64,000 nucleotides of DNA from Monocercomonoides exilis PA203 (taxonomy: Eukaryota; Protista; Preaxostyla): assembly GCA_001643675.2 (NCBI GenBank), contig LSRY02000009.1:1302001-1366000 (forward strand), given 5' to 3'. Within the stretch, counting starts at the first letter, position 1. Each line of letters starts with the position of its first letter. The notes under the pieces were generated by a model. It did no database searches. It saw only the letters and a list, made by a program, of their open reading frames with translations, and was not told the DNA's origin. Positions 13,265 through 26,480 of the stretch are shown here, in pieces. The position numbers and the translations under genes were made by a program.

Positions 13265-14155
13265 TTAAGGCGCAAGGATGTTTGGATCCTTTTTTGGATG
13301 CTGCATCTTCCAAATAGCAAAAAGTGAAATTAAAATAAGGAAGATTACACCAAAAATAATTTTAAAATTCAAAGTTGAGAACGAAATTATTGGAGGTTCT
13401 GGAGTAAATTTATATCCAAACATACGAATTTTATATGGCACAAAAGGTGAAATAGACACTTCTACATTTTGTACTGTTGGCGTGTTATAAACAGAAATCA
13501 ACTTTTGTGCTGCTTTTTGTCCGTTCACAATCGCCGTTCGAGTTCTTTCAGCAAGCAAAAATTCGCATGTTTTTGTTCCTTCAATGTTTTCTTTGCATGG
13601 ATTTGGATAACCTCCTAAAGCGAATATATCCCACTCTTCAGGCAACTTATTCATTTCTGAAATAATTTCATCAATTGGACGACGTCTGTTAGGACTGTGA
13701 GACTGAATCAGAAGAACTGGTTTATCTTGACCAGTTCTCCTTGCTCTTTCAACAATTTCAAAATTTACTTGTAATTCGCTTTGCCAAATTCCACACTCGT
13801 CATATGGTCTTGTTGTGTTTCCCATGAATGATTTTGCTGATTCATAGGTAAATGTTGTGTTTTTGTGTAGTTTTGGCATTGATTGAAAATTTGGATGATC
13901 ATTTTGACACAATTTATATAAAAGCTTTCCGTTAACGCCTTCAAATAATTCAAAGGGAACTTCGCTTTGTTCAAGCGCCTTCATAATTTCATTTCTTTCT
14001 TTCGTTCCTTTCCATGGGGCGACAATGTAAACATCTTGTAGTCCAAGCTCTTCAAGTCTATTTGTTATTTTTGGTGATTTTATTCCATCAGTATATTTCC
14101 ATTTGTATTCTTTGGTTTCAAATGTTGCACACAAAAACAATAAAATTCCAAGCAT
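13265..14155 (-). CDS. Glycosyltransferase family 25-like type I membrane protein with degenerate catalytic motifs
   Basis: Intact single-exon 296-aa ORF with an N-terminal signal peptide and a C-terminal TM helix. GT25-ordered blocks: YIVAPWKGTKERNEIM, PFELFEGVNG, ECGIWQSE, VLLIQSH, LPEEWDIFALG, TAIVNGQKAAQKLI. Confidence 0.6.
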   Translation of the reverse strand: MLGILLFLCATFETKEYKWKYTDGIKSPKITNRLEELGLQDVYIVAPWKGTKERNEIMKALEQSEVPFELFEGVNGKLLYKLCQNDHPNFQSMPKLHKNTTFTYESAKSFMGNTTRPYDECGIWQSELQVNFEIVERARRTGQDKPVLLIQSHSPNRRRPIDEIISEMNKLPEEWDIFALGGYPNPCKENIEGTKTCEFLLAERTRTAIVNGQKAAQKLISVYNTPTVQNVEVSISPFVPYKIRMFGYKFTPEPPIISFSTLNFKIIFGVIFLILISLFAIWKMQHPKKDPNILAP

Positions 14156-15139
14156 GATACCAGCTTTCTAAAAAAGTCTTTGAATTAATAGGAAAAATGA
14201 AAATTTTAACAATAACAATTTTCTATAACCCTTTATTTATAATTTTTCATTTATGAAAATTACACCTCGCAGCCTGTTGTTAATTTTTATATCAATTTAT
14301 TATTTCTACAAAAAAAGATTAAAATAAACACAAATGGAGCATATGTTCAAAAACTTGATCATTGCTTTTTCTGATTTTTTTTAGTTGTTGGCTTTCAATG
14401 ATTAAACAGTTTGGATTGAATGAAAAGAAGATTTTGAGAGGCAAACTTTTCAATTTGTTGTTTAAATAATCATTGAATTTTTGGAATGAATCACAAGGAT
14501 ATACCTTAGACAGTTCTGGAAAGTATGATAGTTTTCTACTTCGTTTTAGAACATTTATAATGCAATTCAAACAAATTTGTGTTGATGCATATATGGTTGC
14601 AGGTTTAACTTATTGCATTTTTGATCTTTTAAAGAACATTTCATATGATTCTCATCACAATTTTCTGGATTCAATCACTCATTTAATTTGTATAACTTCT
14701 TTTTCTTCCAATGATCCAACATCTCATCGCACAACTGCAGAAAAACCATCATCCACTTTATTTTATAGAATATCTTCGTTTTTTGTCTCTTCATCAAAGA
14801 AAATGAGTGAAATGAAGAAGAAACGAAGATATTGTCCTGATAATAAATATAATTTTAACGTAGAATATGAAAGCAGACAACAATACTCACTTAATACCAG
14901 TGAAGCTTTCTTTCATCTGAAACTGGAGCTTCGCAGACTTTCAGCTTTTGAGATTGGAAAGGCAAACATTTGTTCCTTTATTGAAATGTCCGCAAAGAGA
15001 ATGAAGGTTGCTGTGAATTTGTCATTTTGGCCAGCCGAATGAGCAGATGACAGCAACTGCAGTGCTCACCAATTCTGAATTGATCTTCTCATTTGTCTCT
15101 CAACAAATTCATCTGATGAAAGACATGAAAATTAACACC

Positions 15140-15340
15140 TTCATTCATTCATTCATTCATCATCATCATCATCATCATCTTCTTCTTCTTCTTCTTCTTC
15201 TTCTTCTTCTTCTTCTTCTTCTTCTTCTTCTTCTTCTTCTTCTTCTTCTTCTTCTTCTTCTTCTTCTTCTTCTTCTTCTTCTTCTTCTTCTTCTTCTTCT
15301 TCTTCCTCCTCCTCCTCCTCCTCCCCTCTCCTCCTCCTCC
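15140..15340. repeat. Compound microsatellite (TTCA)n-(CAT)n-(CTT)~42-(CCT)n
   Basis: Directly visible; the pure CTT tract spans ~15179-15305. Confidence 0.97.
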
Positions 15341-15859
15341 TCTCCCACCCATTCGGAAACTAAGTCGCCCAACACATAGCTGATTATTCTTCTTCTGATG
15401 TTAAAAACTTCATCTTTTCTCTTCTTCTCCATCTTTTTCCTTCTCTTAACTCTCTTCGCAGTCAAATGCCGAAGAATTTCGCAATTCGGTTGGATAACAT
15501 GCTCCTTGCGTTGCTTCGTCCTCAACATGTTCCTCTTCTTCTTCCTCTTCCTTTCTTCTTCTTCTTCGTAGTCGTCGTTGTCGTCGTCTTCGCTTCATCG
15601 TCTTCTTCAAATGGAGCAGCACGCTGATTCACTTCTTCATTCCAGAGGTGGAGCAGCGATGAAAAGAAGTTGGAAGGAGATGATGAGTCATCTTCATCAT
15701 TGTCATCAGCTCCTATGATTGACCTTTTGGATGCATCGGAGGTGGAGGCGTCATGCACTTTGACTGCAGCGATGTATGGCATCGAGAGACAGCTGGGGAT
15801 TATGTTAATCAAAAGATGTCGTCACTGAGGGAGCAACAGACGCTGCGGGAATAAGCGGA

Positions 15860-16734
15860 TACGTGGAAAGCTGTGCTGCATGGGGGTGTTGTGTGTCCCT
15901 ACGATGTGGCGCTTTCGGCAATGCTTTCGGTTCTGCTGTTGGAGCCGTTCCCCCCATTTGCAGCGTCTGTGGGAACGAAGCCAGAGGGAAAGCAGAATTT
16001 TGTGTCGGCAGAATGAATACGTCCATGTCGATCAACGACCTGTTTGACCCGTCGCTGCAAACATTGCGATCTCAAAAGTTGAGGCGTGTTGTGGTGGTGA
16101 AGCTGAAAGACGAAGTGATGGGGAGAGGGATTGCAGAGTGTGAAGAGGGGAAGAGCTGAAGAACAAGAAGGATGATCAAGAGAGGACGAAGGCGAATGCA
16201 GCGCAGACGCTTAGCAAGACGGGTAAGAAGAACGTGGGGCATGTGGAGGAGATGGCAGTGGAGAAGGAGGGGCTGGGGTGGCAGATCCTGGAGCTGAAGG
16301 AGCAGCACCAGGAGGCGAAGCAGGAGATGGAGAAGAGGAATACGGAGTTCAATATGCTGCTGCAGAAGATCCGGGACGACGAGCGGATCTCGAAGCGGAC
16401 GAGCTGGATGGCGGAGCAGCTGTAGGAGAAGGACAAGATCATCCGGATGCTCGAGAGGAAGATTCTGAAGATGAGTGAGAAGCACATCGCAAAAGTGAAG
16501 GAGGAGAAGGTGCTTCAGGAGCAGCTGGCGGCGATGAAGAAGAAGGCGGAGCTGATTAATGCGGGGATTGAGAAGGAGAAGAAGATAAAGTTTGAGGGAC
16601 GGCAGTCGGATAAGATGAAACCTAAATCATCCGTATTCCTGGTGTTTTTGCTGAATTTCTTCAAGGCAGAAGCAGCGATGCGAAAAAAGGCGAAGAAGAC
16701 TCCGCTTGATCCCATATGTTTTGGGGATGCGTAA
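15860..16734 (+). pseudogene. GC-rich interrupted gene: Cys-rich segment followed by a coiled coil
   Basis: The Cys-rich ORF 15863-16159 is followed by the K/E-rich heptad ORFs 16234-16425 and 16447-16734. These two are in the same frame and separated by one TAG. GC3 is much higher than in the flanks. Confidence 0.45.
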
Positions 16735-17805
16735 ATATTTTCTTTATCAGAGACAGCTTGAAAAGGATTCGCACAAGATGAAATGGAGTATTTTCTGATT
16801 GTTTCATCCACAGACATTGCCAGAGCTGTTGCTTTTAATTTTTCTTGTAGAGTTCCTGTTGTTTGGGTGCAGCTTTCCATCATTTGTGACTGTTTTTGAG
16901 GTGCGCCATCGCAAAGACTTCTTCGCATTGTACCTGCAAATGCCGGATTTGTGCGATGCTGTTGATCTGTGAGCTTTTCTAACGGAGTCAAAGAACAGAG
17001 CGTTTGTGAAGAAGGTGAGTCACATCTTTGCATTGCTGAACCGGAGCAGGACCACCAAGTGATGGTGCTTTCTTGTGTGTCGGCAAGTGCAGGGGTTGAG
17101 AACTGGTTGAAACGGCTGGTGGAGGCTGTGTCGTTGGTTATGGCAAAGAATTAAGAGTGGTTAGAGTTGCTGCAAATGGCGCGCAAGCTGGTGGAGCTTG
17201 CAGCTTTGAAGAAGAAAGAAGCGGCAGATGAAAAAGGAGGAATAGTTTGTGATTCACCTATATTTTTTCCATCAGCAGAAGGTTAATTTTTCATCTGAAA
17301 GAGCAAAATTAAATGAAAACCTATGCGATGCTGGAAAAGGGTTATGAGAAGAAAATGTGGAGCGAATATGAACGAGAATATGGAATGAACGTTTGGAGTC
17401 AGTTGGGGAATTTATGCATTTTTAAGCAGGCACGGATGCAGAGGTGATATAAGATTATGCAGAAATTGAGGAGATTGCGCAACTACAAAAAGACTATTAG
17501 AATGTTTTCAGTTTCGCGTTGTGTGTTGTGGATGAGTAGGATTCTCAGTAGATGAATGAAGTGGAATTTTGTGTTTCTTTCCTAGCGTCTTTGCCAGAGT
17601 TCCTGTGGATTTCGTATTTTCTGTTTGAAGGAATTGAGGTTTCTATCGAAACAATTTCCTTCTGCGCTGCCCTGGACCAGCCGCTTCACATTCTAAAACT
17701 TCATTTTCTGATTCTGTAAATTTATCTTTTTCTTTCTATTCCAATAGCTATTAAATAATTCATAGCTGTTCTTTCTATCCCCTCAAAGGCACAGCTGGAA
17801 ATCGT

Positions 17806-18985
17806 CTATGAAATTTTATTTGTCGAAGAAAGTGAAAACAACGAAACAGTGGAGTTCGTCTTCACCCAATTCATGTTTTCCATTTTAAATACCCCATTCA
17901 GAACTTTGATCAGTTCTGTCGAAAATGCTTTTTCTGTTGATCGTCCGCTCCCAAAAGATATATTCATTCTGCTGACCCTCATTTCTTTTGTTCCTGTTAT
18001 CTCAAATTGTCTTGACTCTCGATTATTTGCATTTAACGTGTCATGAACATGAATAAGGTCACTAACAGTCAACGTGCCTGTTGAGACAGAAAAAAGATAT
18101 AACCCAGGTACTTCAAATTCTGTTAGGATTGTTGAGCTTAAATCGCTTTGGCCATATATTGTGAAAGAATTGATGTCACAATCCACTTTATTGGTTTCTG
18201 TGATCGTTCCTGTCAGTATCTCTATATCAGTAACAAATTCTGGAATCAGCTGAGTCAAACAATGGTTGATGGTGCAGTAAGGATGGCCTTCATCTCGTCC
18301 ACATGCATATGTGTCAATGGAATTTGGTTCTGTTTGCACTGAGGAGACATATCTAATTCTTCCAAAATCATTTCGCAGCCATTCACTTTTATCCATAACT
18401 GTGTTGTAGTCAGTACTCACAATATTTGTTGTTTTCCTTGTTGTGTGACAACTTGGTTCAATGTTGTTTTCTGTTGAACTATGAAGGACAATGTTATTTC
18501 CCTGCTCAGCACGTTTTATTATGGAAAAAACAGTAATTTAACAATGTTCCGTAATTGTAAATATTAAATAATAAACAAATTGCAGATACTGTGAGCATTG
18601 AATTGCAATTGCTGAACAAACGATTTGAGATTATTATTTGATCTGTGCAATTCCAATGCATAATTGCATCTCCATCATTGCCAGAGGAACAATTATAATT
18701 TTGTTCGCTGCTCTTTGGATTCGAAGAAAATATTCGATGAAGAAATGTAAAGATCTTCAAATATGGATTCTTTCTAAACGTTTGAATTTGAATCTTTTGA
18801 TGAAAAAGTGATACTGAATGAATAAACATTTTTTTAGGCGTTAAACTCACATTTGTGATGCATATTGATCCACTTTGCAAACTCAGTGAAGATATCGATT
18901 TAAGGTGAGAAATGCTGGAATCTATCATTATAGCTGATTCACCTTTAATTAGGTTAAATGTTAATATTGAATATTGGACTGCCAA
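17806..18985 (-). pseudogene. Decayed member of the Pmp-like surface protein family
   Basis: Family motif DTYACGRDEGHPYCTINHCL and beta-helix-like segments; broken into several ORFs. Confidence 0.6.
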
Positions 18986-20204
18986 AAAATCTATTCAACT
19001 GAAATCAATAAAATACAAAAAAATTGATTTGTATCAAATGAAACATACTTCAATTGCAACTCTTTGGAAAAATACTATGAACTTCAAAAGTTCCATATGA
19101 GCTATTTCTTCCAAAAGTCATATCTTTCTTCATGTGTTAGTTTCAATAAATATAGAATTTAATTTGATCATTAAATACAAAAAAAATCATACGATTAAAA
19201 AAGTCGGCGAAAAATATTCTATGTGTTTCAGGACAATTCTTTTTCGTCGAAAATTTGCAGTTAAAAGCTGAAGTGGAGAAGAAGCAATTCTTCAATAAAT
19301 AATAATGGTTTTCAATTTTTGAATTGTGGTGATTTTTCATAATTTTTCATTCATTGATATTTTTTTTTTGATAAAAAAAAAATCGGGGAAAAAGGAGAAT
19401 CAACCGAAACCTGTTTTGATCACACCCATAATATTCATATTTTCGTTTTATTTTTTCTAAAACAAGCTCTGAATAATAGATATTTTTGTGTGTTTTCATG
19501 AATTGTTTTTTCTTTTTATTTGCCAGGGTTTAGAAAAGGGAAAAAAGTTAGGGTTTTCCAAGATAATACAATGTTTTTTGCAAACAAATAATAAGAAAGA
19601 AGATGGTTTTTAACATTTAAATATAGTTATTATCTTAAATAAAATAAGGATGTCTAAAATATTTATCATTAAATATATTGGAAAAATGATTTTAAATGAA
19701 AATTTTAGGTTGTCGGTTGAGTCCACTCTTACCAAAATCGGTTAGAGGGGACATATCGACTGGTTCAAAAATAGTCTTAAAGAAGATATTTTGCTTTTCT
19801 AAACTCACTTTTCTGAACGTTAAAATTCTCAAATAGGAGAAACATTCGATAAAAAACTGAAAATTTTTTATATCTAAAAAGCGATTTTTGACAAAAATTA
19901 ATGCTCAAACCCCAAAGATAAATCAGAGAGAATATTTCTTTTAGGTTTTCATTTCGAAAAAGATGGTTTATCCATTGTCAATGTGTTTATTTGTGTTATA
20001 TTTGACGAAAACTTTTAATTTGATCAACTGATGAGGGTTGTTTTTTAATTTAAAGTGGTATAGTTTTCAAAATAATAATTCCTGTTGGATTCAAAAAATA
20101 GGTTTTCTCATCTTTGAGTCACTGTAATTCGAAAACCACTTAAGTCATATCATAATTGTTCACATTTGCAATAGTATAAATAGGCCTTTGCGACAGACCA
20201 ACAT

Positions 20205-20490
20205 TTTTTTCATGGTTCGACTAGTCGACCGACAAGGCAGTTTGCCAATATATTATTTTATGATAAACGAAAAAACAACAAATCAAGATAAAGTTTTTCT
20301 GTTTTTATTCAATTTTTTTTTATTTTTTAATTTATTTATTTCTCGCACGATTCGAACAAATAAATATTTTATTTTTGTTTTTTTTTTGAAATTTCAATGG
20401 GTTATCGACAGATCTTTGTCGAGATTAGTCGAACGACAAAGATCAGTCGGTTGAAAGATCAGTCGGTTGAAAAGATCAATCTGTCGAACG
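20205..20490. repeat. Cluster of short palindromes and tandem repeats built on TCGAC/GATC/TCGGTTG motifs
   Basis: Perfect palindrome TCGACTAGTCGA (~20217-20228); IR TCGACAGAT 20405 / ATCTGTCGA 20479-20487; IR GATCTTTGTCG 20411 / CGACAAAGATC 20434-20444; tandem AAAGATCAGTCGGTTG x2 at 20438-20469. Confidence 0.8.
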
Positions 20491-23400
20491 AATGTTCTAT
20501 TTCGAAATCGTTTTGTCTTTCAAACATAGTTTTTTTTATTTATTCTATTCAAAGAAAATTATAAGAAACATTCATTAAAATATGACAGAGATAGAATTTG
20601 TGTTTTTGATATATTTTTCGATATTTTCATTCGTTTGACACCACATTTTGTTTCACACTTTTTCTGTTTATGGATATTAATATTCAAATAATTGCTGTCT
20701 GTCAAAAGAAAACGAATTGAATCCATAATTATATTTTTGTTTTGTTTTGTTTAAAAACACAATACTCCTGGAAACAGCTGGAAAAGATATGCAGAAGGTT
20801 TAACTGATATCTTTGCTTTTATGTTTGAATACGAAGGGCAGGATATAGAGATTTGACAAGTTGTCAATGCTTGTGAAGATATTTTGATATTAATTGTTAT
20901 GATTTGAATAATTAAATCACAATTGCTGAAGGAAAAGAGACACGTTCAAATGGAAATTTCAAGAAGAAGCGAATATATGAAGATAGTTACAATTTAATAA
21001 TTTTTCCAAAAGGAAGAAAAAGAAAAAGAATTTACCGAGATTTTGAAGAATGAAGATGAAAAAACTTTGTTAAATAAAGGAAAAAGAAGAACAGTTGTTT
21101 TGTTATGCCTTTCTATCATCAAAATCATTCGTATGACATCTTGAAGAAAAATCATAGACACTTTGAAAGGTTTTAAGTTCAATGGGATATAACCGCGGGA
21201 TGCAGATTTTATCAGGAGGGCACATATCAACAACTTGACATTGAACCTTTCACACGCTCATTGAAATGGTTTTTAACACGAAGATGTGAAGACGAATCAC
21301 ATTAAAAGGCAGCCAGTGAAAAGAAGTCAGATCTCGTATCATTCAGTTTGAATTGCTCAATTTTCTTCTTCTCCTCAATTTATTTATTAATTAGCCCAGG
21401 ATTGAAGCAAGAGAAATTCGGGTCCAAGGTTAATCCATCTGCATATCTGTGCAATTATCACTCTGCAGTGTGCTTCACAAAAGGAACAGAGATACGAACT
21501 TCATTCCAAGCATCTCATTTCTCTCAATATGTGGAAGCCATGCAAGGCTTTGCTATTTCATAGAAGACAAATACTAGGAAGAAGGAGAAGATGGCATTTG
21601 ATCTGACAACTTGGAGTGTTTTGATTTCCTGGAAGATAAACAGCCTGATACTGCAGCTAATTCAGGAGGAAAAAGGGGTGCTGTCGAACAAACTGGGGAG
21701 CAAAGTCGACGAGCAGCAGATCCACAGTCACATTGATTTTTGCGGTTGGTTTAAATGAACATATCTTTGATCCAGTCATGCAAAGCAAAATTACGTTGAT
21801 GATTGTCTATTCGAACTTTTCACTGCCAATGTTTATGAGGCTGTATAATGATGTTATGAATCCTTCTCTTCTCTCTTCGTTGCCGGATTTGCGTTAGTGA
21901 AATGCTAAAGAGCCTGCAAAAAAAGTGAGCTGCTTTTATTCCGCAAAGCAAAGTTTGTTGATTACCGCCTCATGTTCCACTTGCACAAACGCATGACTTC
22001 AAAAGAGTCAGAAAGCATTTTGTTTCAGAATCAGATTCAAGTTCTGCAGTCTATTCTGCAGAAGACTGCAAAAAGGACAGCTTCTGTAACTGTATTAACT
22101 TCTGTCAAACATCGTTTGTCTTCTTCTTATTTTTCATCTTTATCTTAATCTTCTTCCTTATCTTCTTCCACAAATACTTCATTTTCTTCAAATTCTAATA
22201 AATAAACATTTTCCCTCAAGCATTCATCTTGAAACAAACTTCACTTCTTTTATTCAGAATCTCATCCATCATTTGTATCTTTTCTCTCACCGTTCTTCTC
22301 CTTCATCTTCTTCTTTCCTCTACAAAAGCCTTCCTTACCCTTGTCAGAAAGACCATCTTATAGAAGTCGACGAGTCGATGAGCTTCCATTCATAAGCCAT
22401 CACTTCGGTGCACTGAATGGAAAGATACAATGTTTGATCATAGCCTCTCGCAATCCCTTTATGAAAAGAAGGTCAATAAACACACAGGAAGTTGTTGGAC
22501 GCATCAGGCAGTCAATAGGCGAAAGAGACAAAACAATTAATTCATCAAAATATAGAGACGAGAATGCAGAAAAGAAAAGCAGAAACGTATATGCAAATGC
22601 TGAAATGCATCTCATTTTGGAAAAGGTTAAAGAAAGCATTTTGATGAACGTTGATAGAAAAGGAAAAGAGAAGGAGAAAGAAAGAAAGAAAAAGTCAAAG
22701 CGATGAAAGAGACTGATTGCGATGGGAAAAAAGCTGAAGAAGAAAGAAAGAAAAATCGTGATGTGAAGCAAGCAACTGAAAGTGAGATGAGACATCGATC
22801 CCTCCAACAGTAATGCACAAAGTCATCAATCACCTATCATTTCCATCTTGTTCATATTTGTCGTTAAAAAGCTCATCGTCATCGACTCCAGCTGTGTGAT
22901 AAATGTGTGAAACGCAGCAAATAAGTTAGGGAGTTTCATTACGTATTCCAGTGTTTGATTTTTATTCTGCATGTGTATCGATCAGAATGAGAGAAGGATT
23001 ATTAGAGATGTTTTCGATGGAATAGTGTTAATCACCAACTGTGACTCTGGTGCTGCCTTGAGAGATGTCCATCATCTTTTCCATCCTGCGTTAGATTTCC
23101 AAAAGGAAAAGCATGTGATCTTTCCGTTGAAAACACAGAAAATATTCATCTTCGTCTGGAAGCGCAAAATGCACTTCTGTGAAGATCCTAAGTTGCTGTG
23201 CAAGTCCCACATTGAGTAATAAATGAACCCATCTATTTATTTGGCGAAGGTTTGTAACTTCCACAGGCATCATTTTGGAATCGTTGTTTGTTCATAGAAA
23301 CTCTCAGGAGGAGGTAGAGAAGGCTAAATGCATGCTCATATTGCATCTGATGAACAAGAAGAAGGAGAAATTACGGAGATGCTTTTTCTTTTGTGCAAAG

Positions 23401-23656
23401 AAGGATGCGGCAGGCTATTCACAGCTTATTCCTCCTCCTCCTCCTCCTTCTTCTTCTGCCCCAAGCATCTCACTCGTCGTTGAATATTCATTCGGCAAAC
23501 CTGAATCACAAATCGCACATTCCCTTCATCATCTCACATCACAGGCATAAGGGAAATTAAACTGATATATCATTCAGAATTCATTCAATACAAACAATTC
23601 CATTGACAACCTGAGTGATTGTGCTGTGGAACATAGACAGCGGTTGGAGATTAAAT

Positions 23657-23700
23657 GGGTGATTTTTTTTGATATCATAAAAAATTACGAAGTTTGATCA
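23657..23700. repeat. Inverted copy of the GGGTGATTTTTTTTGATATCAT terminus
   Basis: Reverse complement of the ends at 12553 and 60142; marks the start of a ~550-bp very AT-rich tract. Confidence 0.6.
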
Positions 23701-25329
23701 TTAAAAATTTTCATAAAGGGTGAGGTTGAAAAGATTAATTTAATTTGAAATTGCATGAAAATATAGATCAATATATTATTATTATTAATTATTTGTAGAA
23801 ATTAATTTGTTTTCAATAGTTTTTTTTTCAAATATCGAGAAATAAAAATTATTTCAAAAAAAATATCGAAAATTCGATAAACCGAATAAAACAAAAGTTA
23901 ACTGGTTTATAAAACATAAAAACAATAATGACAATACATAATCAATCAATTTTTTAAATAAAAATTAATTTTATGATGTTATTGCAAAGAAATTTTTAAA
24001 TTTATTTTGAGGATCATTAAACATTTGTTGAATTTTATCAATTCACATTAACACTCACGCAAAAATATAATAGGAACATAAGACACTCATCAAGTGATCA
24101 ACTGTTTGTTGATAAATTTGTTTGTAAACAAATAATCTTAGAAATATTTAATTATTATCTAATTATCAATCAAAGTTCAAGATAAATAAAGAAAATATAA
24201 AAAAATGAAAAGAAACTCGTCAATTCTTGCTTTTTCCACTAAAAAAGCTTCTATCGCACGAACATCTTCATTTTATCTTCCTCTCTTTGTTTCTCCTCTG
24301 ATTCTCTCTATCTCCTTCTCATCAATTATATGTAATCCAGTTTTCTGCCTCCTTAGATGCTCTGTTTTTGTCTGCCTGTTCGTTTTGAGAACAGATTGGT
24401 TAAAAACCAGTTTCACATGATAGGATATGAACAACAAAATGGTGAATGAATCTCAAGCACAGAATCACAATCCCGGTTTCATTGTTGTTCCCCTTTCTCC
24501 ATATCGCTTCTGCGTCCCCTTCCGCGGAACTCGCATCTCTCCATTCACTTTCTCTTTGCTTGTTGGACCTGCCTCTCGTGTTGCCATCAGCCCATCTGTT
24601 CTGGCTGACTCCGATGATTCTGGGCTGCCTGCTCCAGGATCCAGAAAAGTCTACGCTTTGGACTCTGCCTGCATTACTTTTCACCGTGCTCACCAGATAT
24701 TCGTTAACCAGCACACTGGCTTCTCTTTCCATCAGTGTGGCTCCCCGCTTCCCTCCGCGCTTCTCTCTCCACAGTCATCCACCACATCTCCCCTTCCATC
24801 GGCAACATCCTCTGGATCTGATGCTCCTCCTTCTTCGACGCCCTGACCTCCCTTGCAAACATCCGATCCGAGTTCGTACAGGAGAGTCTTATTCTTGTTC
24901 TTTTAAACATTATCAGTTGGCTACAGATGCATTTCTCAATGGCTGTATCATCCTTAGAGTTATTCCTCCCTCTATTTCTCCCTTCGCATCCCTCCTCTTT
25001 TCTCTTTCTTTCCATCCTTTCCTTTTTCCTTCTCTCCTTCTCTCTCATCCTCCTTGCCCAGATCTCATCCTCTCTGATTTCCAGTGCTTTCATTCCTTTC
25101 TCAGTTAACCTCAGCTACTGAGGATATTTCTGTTTACGATACAAAATCCCCACTTTTTTATAGCACAAAAGCTTCTCAATTTCCCATCCATCAACAGGCA
25201 GCAGCAATGCTTTATCTTTTTTGTGCTTCTCCGTCTGCAAGTCTCAACACAGCCGACCCAGTGGTGGAGAAGAGAAGGAAGGGTGGGGAGGGGCGAACAA
25301 AGTGGTTCTTGAAGAACAGAAGAAGAAGT

Positions 25330-26480
25330 TGATGAAGAGGAATATGTAACTGTGTATGAATGTGGAGAAGATGTCGAAATAGTCAGTCAAGTCTTTGCTG
25401 AAGAAGACGAAAGAGATGAGTTTCGCTTCTAACTTGCTGCTGGCTTCCTCTTTTGCCTTTTGATTTCAGCAGCATTTTGCGAGAGGGTTGAGCGTGGATG
25501 CGCAATAGAGATCGGTTTGAGGGCGTGGCTTCTGTGCTTCTTGTGTGTCTGTGCAAGTGGCTGGCGGGGATGAAAAAATTGTTTGATAACAGATGTATTT
25601 TGAGAGGTTGAAGAAGAAGAAGAAGATGACTAAGCAGTTGGTACAGCTGTTGAGGAAGGAGATAAGGTAGTTGTTGATAAGCCGGGTTTTGAATGAGATG
25701 ACTTTGAGGAATGAGTTTGTAAAAAATGCAAAGAAGAGGAGGAAGAAGAATATTCAGAGGAAGAAGATGATGACATTGAAAATGATGAATATGAATATGA
25801 ATATGAAGAAGAAGAAGATTATGAATTGGAAGAAGAAGAGGATGATGAAGAAGAATACGAAGATGATGATGATGATGATGATGAATCCAACAGAAATGAG
25901 GAAGAAGGAGAAAGAGGAGGTAAATCAATTTCTTCTGTTTCTCTATTCTTCTTTTGATCTTTCGGTGAAGAAAGAAAATGAGAAGGAGAAAGAGAAGAAG
26001 AAGAATGAATTTTCGAACGATGTTTGTGAAGTTTTCTGTTTGTTTTTTCATTCGAAGGAGAAAGAGGAGGAAGTTGAGATTCGTCGGTTGTTTCATTGCT
26101 GCTTTCATTGAAAGAATGGAGAGAAAGAGAAGAAGGAGAGGAAGAAGGAGAAGGAGAAGGAGAAGGAGAAGGAGAAGATGAAGAAGGAGAAGATGAAGAA
26201 GGAGAAGATGTTGATGGAGTTGAAGAAGAAGAGGAAGAGGAGGAGGAGGAGGAAGAGGAAGAGGAAGAGAAAGAGGAAGAAGAAGATTGGTGGAAGTGAA
26301 AGGAAAATTTTCAATGAAAGTGATCGAAGTGCATTTGAACATGTTTCATCTGCTGCTTCTTTCTCCTCATCCGAAGATGATGAAGCAAAAGAGCAAGATA
26401 TTTGGACATAGCAACATTCAGTTGTTTCACAATCAACTGGCAATGATGACGATTAAAAGGAAGATGATATCATAGATGAT
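25330..26480 (+). other. Low-complexity GAA/GAG/GAT-rich (acidic) degenerate coding-like region
   Basis: Purine-rich trinucleotide tracts, many stops, no recognisable domain. Confidence 0.5.

Noticed and set aside
15047-15528. Poly-Leu/Lys/Arg ORFs
   Set aside because: They are translations of the CTT microsatellite.
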